Source: a virus (Duplodnaviria > Caudoviricetes). From it: a stretch of 56,841 bases of DNA. Shown piece after piece: positions 53,999-56,841 of this stretch. Positions within the stretch are counted from its first letter, which is position 1; each line of letters opens with the position of its first letter. A program made the position numbers and the translations under genes. Location: positions 1 through 56,841 of the IMG/VR virus record IMGVR_UViG_3300049811_000087; one strand, written 5' to 3'. The notes under the pieces were generated by a model. It did no database searches and was not told the DNA's origin. It saw nothing but the letters and a program-made list of their open reading frames with translations.

Positions 53999-56653
53999 GT
54001 GTATATTGACGAACAAACATATCTTGCACATTATGGTACCCCTCGACACTCGGGACGGTATCCTTGGGGATCTGGAGGAGATCCTCGAAACAGCCGATCA
54101 TTTTTAGAAATGGTAAAGGACCTTATTAAACAAGGGTTTACTGAAAAAGAAGTTGCCGATTCTTTTGGAATCTCAACAACTGATCTTCGAGCCTATAAGT
54201 CCATTGCCAAAGCAGAAGTTAAACAAGAGCAAATTCTTCAAGCTGAGAAACTTAAAGCAAAAGGCGTTTCTGATCTACAAGCAGCTAAGCAGATGGGCAT
54301 CCCTACGTCCACCTACAAAACGCTTCTACTGCCCTCGGCAAAACTTAAGCAAGACGCCATTCAAGTCGCCGTCGAGGTGCTCAAGAATCAGGTAGACAAA
54401 GTAGAATATCTTGACGTTGGCGCAGGAACAGAAATGTATTTGGGCCTAAGTCCTCAGCGTTTGAAACAAGCTCTTACAATCCTAAAAGCTGAAGGATATA
54501 ACATTTATTCAAATATCCCAGTTCCTCAGCTTGGCACCAGCCATGACACTAAGCTTCGTGTGTTAACAACTCCAGATAAAACATGGACAGACACTAGGCT
54601 TAATGTAGAGAAAGTAAAGCTTCTAAATGAACATCTTGATGATACAGGAAGAGGGTCTTTAGGAATTCTTCCGCCCATTGCAATAAATCCAAATAGGGTT
54701 GCTGTTAAATATGGGTCTGAAGGTGGAGCCAATGCGGACGGTGTGATGTACATTCGTCCTGGCGCTAAAGATCTTGATCTTGGCGGAAAAACTTATGCTC
54801 AGGTTCGAATTCAAGTTGGTGATAAACATTATCTTAAAGGTATGGCCCTCTACAAAGATGACCTTCCTGACGGTGTTGACATTTTGTTTAATACCAATAA
54901 AGAAAGCACAGGTAACAAACTTGATGCTTTGAAGAAGCTTGAATCAGATCCCGACAATCCCTTTGGTGCCCAGATTCGGCGTCAGATCACAAAGCTAGAT
55001 CCAAAGACTGGTAAAGAAGTCAATGCGTCAGCAGTTAACATAGTTAATGAAGAAGGTGGTTGGAGTGATTGGTCTAGAAGTATCGCTTCTCAGGTCCTCT
55101 CTAAACAGTCTCCTTCATTGGCTAGAGAAAGACTTGACGTAACCTACAAGCAAAGGAAAGCCGATCTTGATGAGATCATGGCTTTGACTAATCCAACAGT
55201 TAAAAAGAAATTGTTAGAAGAGTTTGCTGAAGGTACCGATGCTGCATCAATCCATCTTAAAGCGGCAAGTCTTCCTAAACAAGCTTGGCATGTTATCTTA
55301 CCAGTTAATTCTTTGTCTGAAACAGAAGTGTACGCACCTAACTATGACAATGGGCAACGAGTTGTGTTGATTAGGTATCCTCATGGAGGAACGTTTGAAA
55401 TACCTGAACTCATTGTCAACAACAGTAACAGAGAAGCTCGTCGACTTCTTAAAGACGCTAAAGATGCTATAGCTATTAACGCTAAGGTAGCAGAGCGTCT
55501 GTCTGGTGCAGACTTTGATGGCGACACTGTGTTGGTTATACCAAATGAATCTAACAAGATCAAATCGTCTAAGCCTCTACAAGGATTGATTAACTTCAAT
55601 CCAAGAGAAACTTATCGAGAGTATCCAGGCATGCCGGTTATGAAGAACACTCAGCAACAAATGGGTGAGATCTCTAATCTAATTACCGACATGACACTTA
55701 GGCAAGCTTCTAGAGAAGAACTAGAGCGAGCAGTTAAGCATTCAATGGTTGTTATTGACGCTGAGAAACATCGCCTTAACCACAAGCAATCATACAAAGA
55801 TCATGGCATCAAGGCACTGAAAGAAAAGTATCAAGCCAAACCGGATGGTACTGCAGGTGGAGCCAGCACTCTAATCTCTAGAGCCAAGAAGAAACCACCA
55901 ATCCCTGAGGTTCGGCTAAGGAAGCAAAGTGAAGGCGGACCTGTAGACAAGAAAACTGGCGAATTAGTCTATGTTCCAACAGGTAGAATAGATAATCGGA
56001 CAGGCAAACCAGCTAAAGTTCGAGGCTTTCTTACTGAGATGGAACTGGCTAGAGATGCTAGTACCCTATCATCGGGTACTCGTATGGAGAATCTCTATGC
56101 AGACCACGCCAATAAACTTAAGACAATGGCTAATCAAGCCAGACTCGAGAGCATCCGTACACCACGTGCACCCTACTCCAGGTCAGCCAAACAAGTATAC
56201 TCAAAGCAAGTAGATTCTTTAGAGCGCAAACTAACCGAGGCTAAGCTTAACGCCCCCCTTGAACGCCGTGCCCAGATCCTAGGTAATGAGATTCTTAAAC
56301 AAAAGAAGGCTGACAATCCAGCATTGGATCCTTCATCTGAAAAGAAACTAAAGTCTCAAGCCTTGGAAGAAGCACGTAATAGGACAGGCGCTAAAAAGAA
56401 GAAGATTGACATCACCCCTGACGAATGGGCAGCCATTCAAGCAGGTGCTATTAGTGATACTAAACTAAAGTCAATCCTTGACAACGCTGACATGGATAAG
56501 GTTAGAGAGTATGCAACTCCTAAGAACAAACTTTTGATGTCACCCAACAAGGTGGCTCGAGCGCAAGCTCTGCTTGAGAAGTATACAAGGGCTGAAGTAG
56601 CAGCTCGTCTTGGTGTTTCCCTTTCCACATTAGACAGATCGTTAGGAGGATGA
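53999..56653 (+). CDS. Putative single-subunit two-barrel (double-psi beta-barrel) RNA polymerase with N- and C-terminal HTH domains
   Basis: AGGAGG RBS with GTG 53999; ADGVMYI...AQVRI...LKGMA; LIRYPH...AIAIN..V...SGADFDGDTVLVIP; HTH-like EVADSFGIS, AAKQMGIP, EVAARLGVSLSTL. Confidence 0.75.
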   Translation: MYIDEQTYLAHYGTPRHSGRYPWGSGGDPRNSRSFLEMVKDLIKQGFTEKEVADSFGISTTDLRAYKSIAKAEVKQEQILQAEKLKAKGVSDLQAAKQMGIPTSTYKTLLLPSAKLKQDAIQVAVEVLKNQVDKVEYLDVGAGTEMYLGLSPQRLKQALTILKAEGYNIYSNIPVPQLGTSHDTKLRVLTTPDKTWTDTRLNVEKVKLLNEHLDDTGRGSLGILPPIAINPNRVAVKYGSEGGANADGVMYIRPGAKDLDLGGKTYAQVRIQVGDKHYLKGMALYKDDLPDGVDILFNTNKESTGNKLDALKKLESDPDNPFGAQIRRQITKLDPKTGKEVNASAVNIVNEEGGWSDWSRSIASQVLSKQSPSLARERLDVTYKQRKADLDEIMALTNPTVKKKLLEEFAEGTDAASIHLKAASLPKQAWHVILPVNSLSETEVYAPNYDNGQRVVLIRYPHGGTFEIPELIVNNSNREARRLLKDAKDAIAINAKVAERLSGADFDGDTVLVIPNESNKIKSSKPLQGLINFNPRETYREYPGMPVMKNTQQQMGEISNLITDMTLRQASREELERAVKHSMVVIDAEKHRLNHKQSYKDHGIKALKEKYQAKPDGTAGGASTLISRAKKKPPIPEVRLRKQSEGGPVDKKTGELVYVPTGRIDNRTGKPAKVRGFLTEMELARDASTLSSGTRMENLYADHANKLKTMANQARLESIRTPRAPYSRSAKQVYSKQVDSLERKLTEAKLNAPLERRAQILGNEILKQKKADNPALDPSSEKKLKSQALEEARNRTGAKKKKIDITPDEWAAIQAGAISDTKLKSILDNADMDKVREYATPKNKLLMSPNKVARAQALLEKYTRAEVAARLGVSLSTLDRSLGG

Positions 56654-56841
56654 TGGCTACCGAGTCTATGGTCACCACTACAGACAATCCATTCAATCCT
56701 TTTGATGAGTTCCGTCAATGGTATGCTTTTGATGTTGCACATGGGTACCATACAGCATCCCTAGTGGCACGTCTCACCTTCACTTCAGATGAATTGTCAG
56801 AGCTAGATCAACGTCAGGCTAGAGAAATGGCTGTTGATGAG
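56653..56841 (+). CDS. Conserved hypothetical protein, truncated by window end (not in ORF track)
   Basis: AGGAGG RBS, TGATG overlap; MATESMVTTTDNPFNPFDEFRQWYAFD...GY. Confidence 0.6.
   Translation, partial: MATESMVTTTDNPFNPFDEFRQWYAFDVAHGYHTASLVARLTFTSDELSELDQRQAREMAVDE

Noticed and set aside
1-56841. Lysogeny module, DGR/retron or alternative genetic code
   Set aside because: No integrase, repressor or reverse transcriptase motifs seen; genes read fully in the standard code and no suppressor tRNA is present

Overview
The window looks like a near-complete (~57 kb) lytic siphovirus genome. All credible genes are on the + strand and no integrase or repressor is visible. The gene content resembles Lactococcus 1706 / Rhodococcus ReqiPepy6 / Arthrobacter AM-AU-type phages, and a DUF3039 gene suggests an actinobacterial host. 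Layout: endolysin, putative small terminase and receptor/tail-fibre genes (0-9.8 kb); packaging, head and tail genes (9.8-28.3 kb); holin; a replication operon with a helicase-primase-PolB fusion (29.7-39.5 kb); an accessory region with three tRNAs (Lys-UUU, Ile-UAU, Leu-UAA) and several structured RNA candidates (39.5-46.2 kb); an array of promoter-RBS-micro-ORF-terminator cassettes (46.2-50.1 kb); SF2 helicase, candidate origin and nucleases; and a ~885-aa HTH-bearing protein with two-barrel RNA polymerase motifs (DG..QVR..KG, RYP, ADFDGD). The most interesting candidate system is a self-contained transcription programme. It would combine a single-subunit RNAP, possibly virion-packaged via an LxH-YG leader shared with head proteins, 15 copies of the motif (A/G)CAACGCYTATAATGAGAGA, structured leader RNAs on the long operons, and tRNAs for the AT-rich codons that the cassette genes avoid. 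All calls come from motif reading by eye; no database search or folding program was run.
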